Assembly: GCA_030264375.1 (NCBI GenBank)
Contig: JASCQW010000142.1
Span: 43,660,096-43,724,095, forward strand
Length of the DNA stretch: 64,000 bases
From: Carcharhinus longimanus
Lineage: Eukaryota
Direction: 5' to 3'
Made by a program: the position numbers and the translations under genes. The notes below the pieces were generated by a model, which saw nothing but the letters and a program-made list of their open reading frames with translations, had not been told where the DNA came from and ran no database searches. Below, in pieces: positions 63,495-64,000 of the stretch (the first letter of the stretch is position 1; every line of letters begins with the position of its first letter).

Positions 63495-63805
63495 CATAAG
63501 AACATAAGAAATAGGAGCAGGAGTAGGCCATCTGGCCCCTCGAGCCTGCCCCGCCATTCAATAAGATNNNNNNNNNNNNNNNNNNNNNNNNNNNNNNNNN
63601 NNNNNNNNNNNNNNNNNNNNNNNNNNNNNNNNNNNNNNNNNNNNNNNNNNNNNNNNNNNNNNNNNNNTATTACCATCCTATTCATATATTTGTCAAGATA
63701 CCCCTTAAAAGCCACTATTGTATCTGCTTCCACTACCTCCCTCGGCAGCGAGTTCCAGGTACCCACTACTTTCTGCATTAAAAAAAAATCGGCCTCATAC
63801 ATCTA
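63495..63805 (-). mobile_element. CR1 LINE 3' end spanning a gap
   Basis: cataagaacataagaaataggagcaggagtaggccatctggcccctcgagcc tail; ORF QKVVGTWNSLPREVVEADTIVAFKGYLDKYM. Confidence 0.85.
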
Positions 63806-63857
63806 ACGAGTCAATGAGAATCAGGAAAAAAACTCTCCACCACAGTATTTATATAAA

Positions 63858-64000
63858 GTTATACCTGGCACAAAGGAAAATGGCTATGGTTGCTGGAGGA
63901 CAATCGCCTCAGTTTGAGGACATGACTGCTGAAGTTCCTCAAGGCTGCGTCCTAGGCCAAACCATCTTCAGCTGTTTTAATGACTTCCTTCCATTAAAAG
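63858..64000 (+). mobile_element. LINE RT fragment continuing past the window edge
   Basis: Translates YLAQRKMAMVAGGQS...TAEVPQGCVLGQTIFSCFND, the RT 'GVPQGSVLGP' motif. Confidence 0.7.

Noticed and set aside
43259-64000. Search for ILRUN coding exon 1 (MEGMD...UBA-like) and a CpG-island promoter
   Set aside because: Not found; intron 1 is longer than 20.7 kb and exon 1 lies beyond the window (or in a gap).
1-64000. Prokaryote-type systems (CRISPR arrays, operons, defence islands)
   Set aside because: The sequence is spliced vertebrate genomic DNA, with no regularly spaced repeat-spacer array and no dense ORF cluster.

Overview
Eukaryotic, AT-rich, repeat-dense vertebrate DNA, almost certainly from a shark (elasmobranch): the repeats include HE1-like V-SINEs, CR1 LINEs and Deu-domain SINEs. 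The window has six N-gaps. The only host protein-coding gene is ILRUN (C6orf106) on the minus strand. Coding exons 2-5 are at 43258-43104, 34205-34008, 31212-30884 and 15648-15613; all have canonical GT-AG borders and consistent phases. A ~2.3 kb 3' UTR probably ends near tandem AATAAA signals at ~13351-13369. Exon 1 lies beyond the right edge. The rest is intron or intergenic DNA filled with decayed CR1, L2 and Rex1/Babar LINEs, SINEs and Penelope-like elements. The most notable structures are (i) short ORF-less head-to-head palindromic Penelope derivatives carrying hammerhead-ribozyme-like cores, from two families, and (ii) a ~270-bp inverted copy of nearby flanking DNA inserted into a CR1 at a microhomology junction, predicted to form a long dsRNA stem in ILRUN intron 4. 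I found no convincing new protein-coding system; most ORF-track ORFs are spurious, repeat-derived or N-gap artefacts. Repeat boundaries are by eye and approximate.
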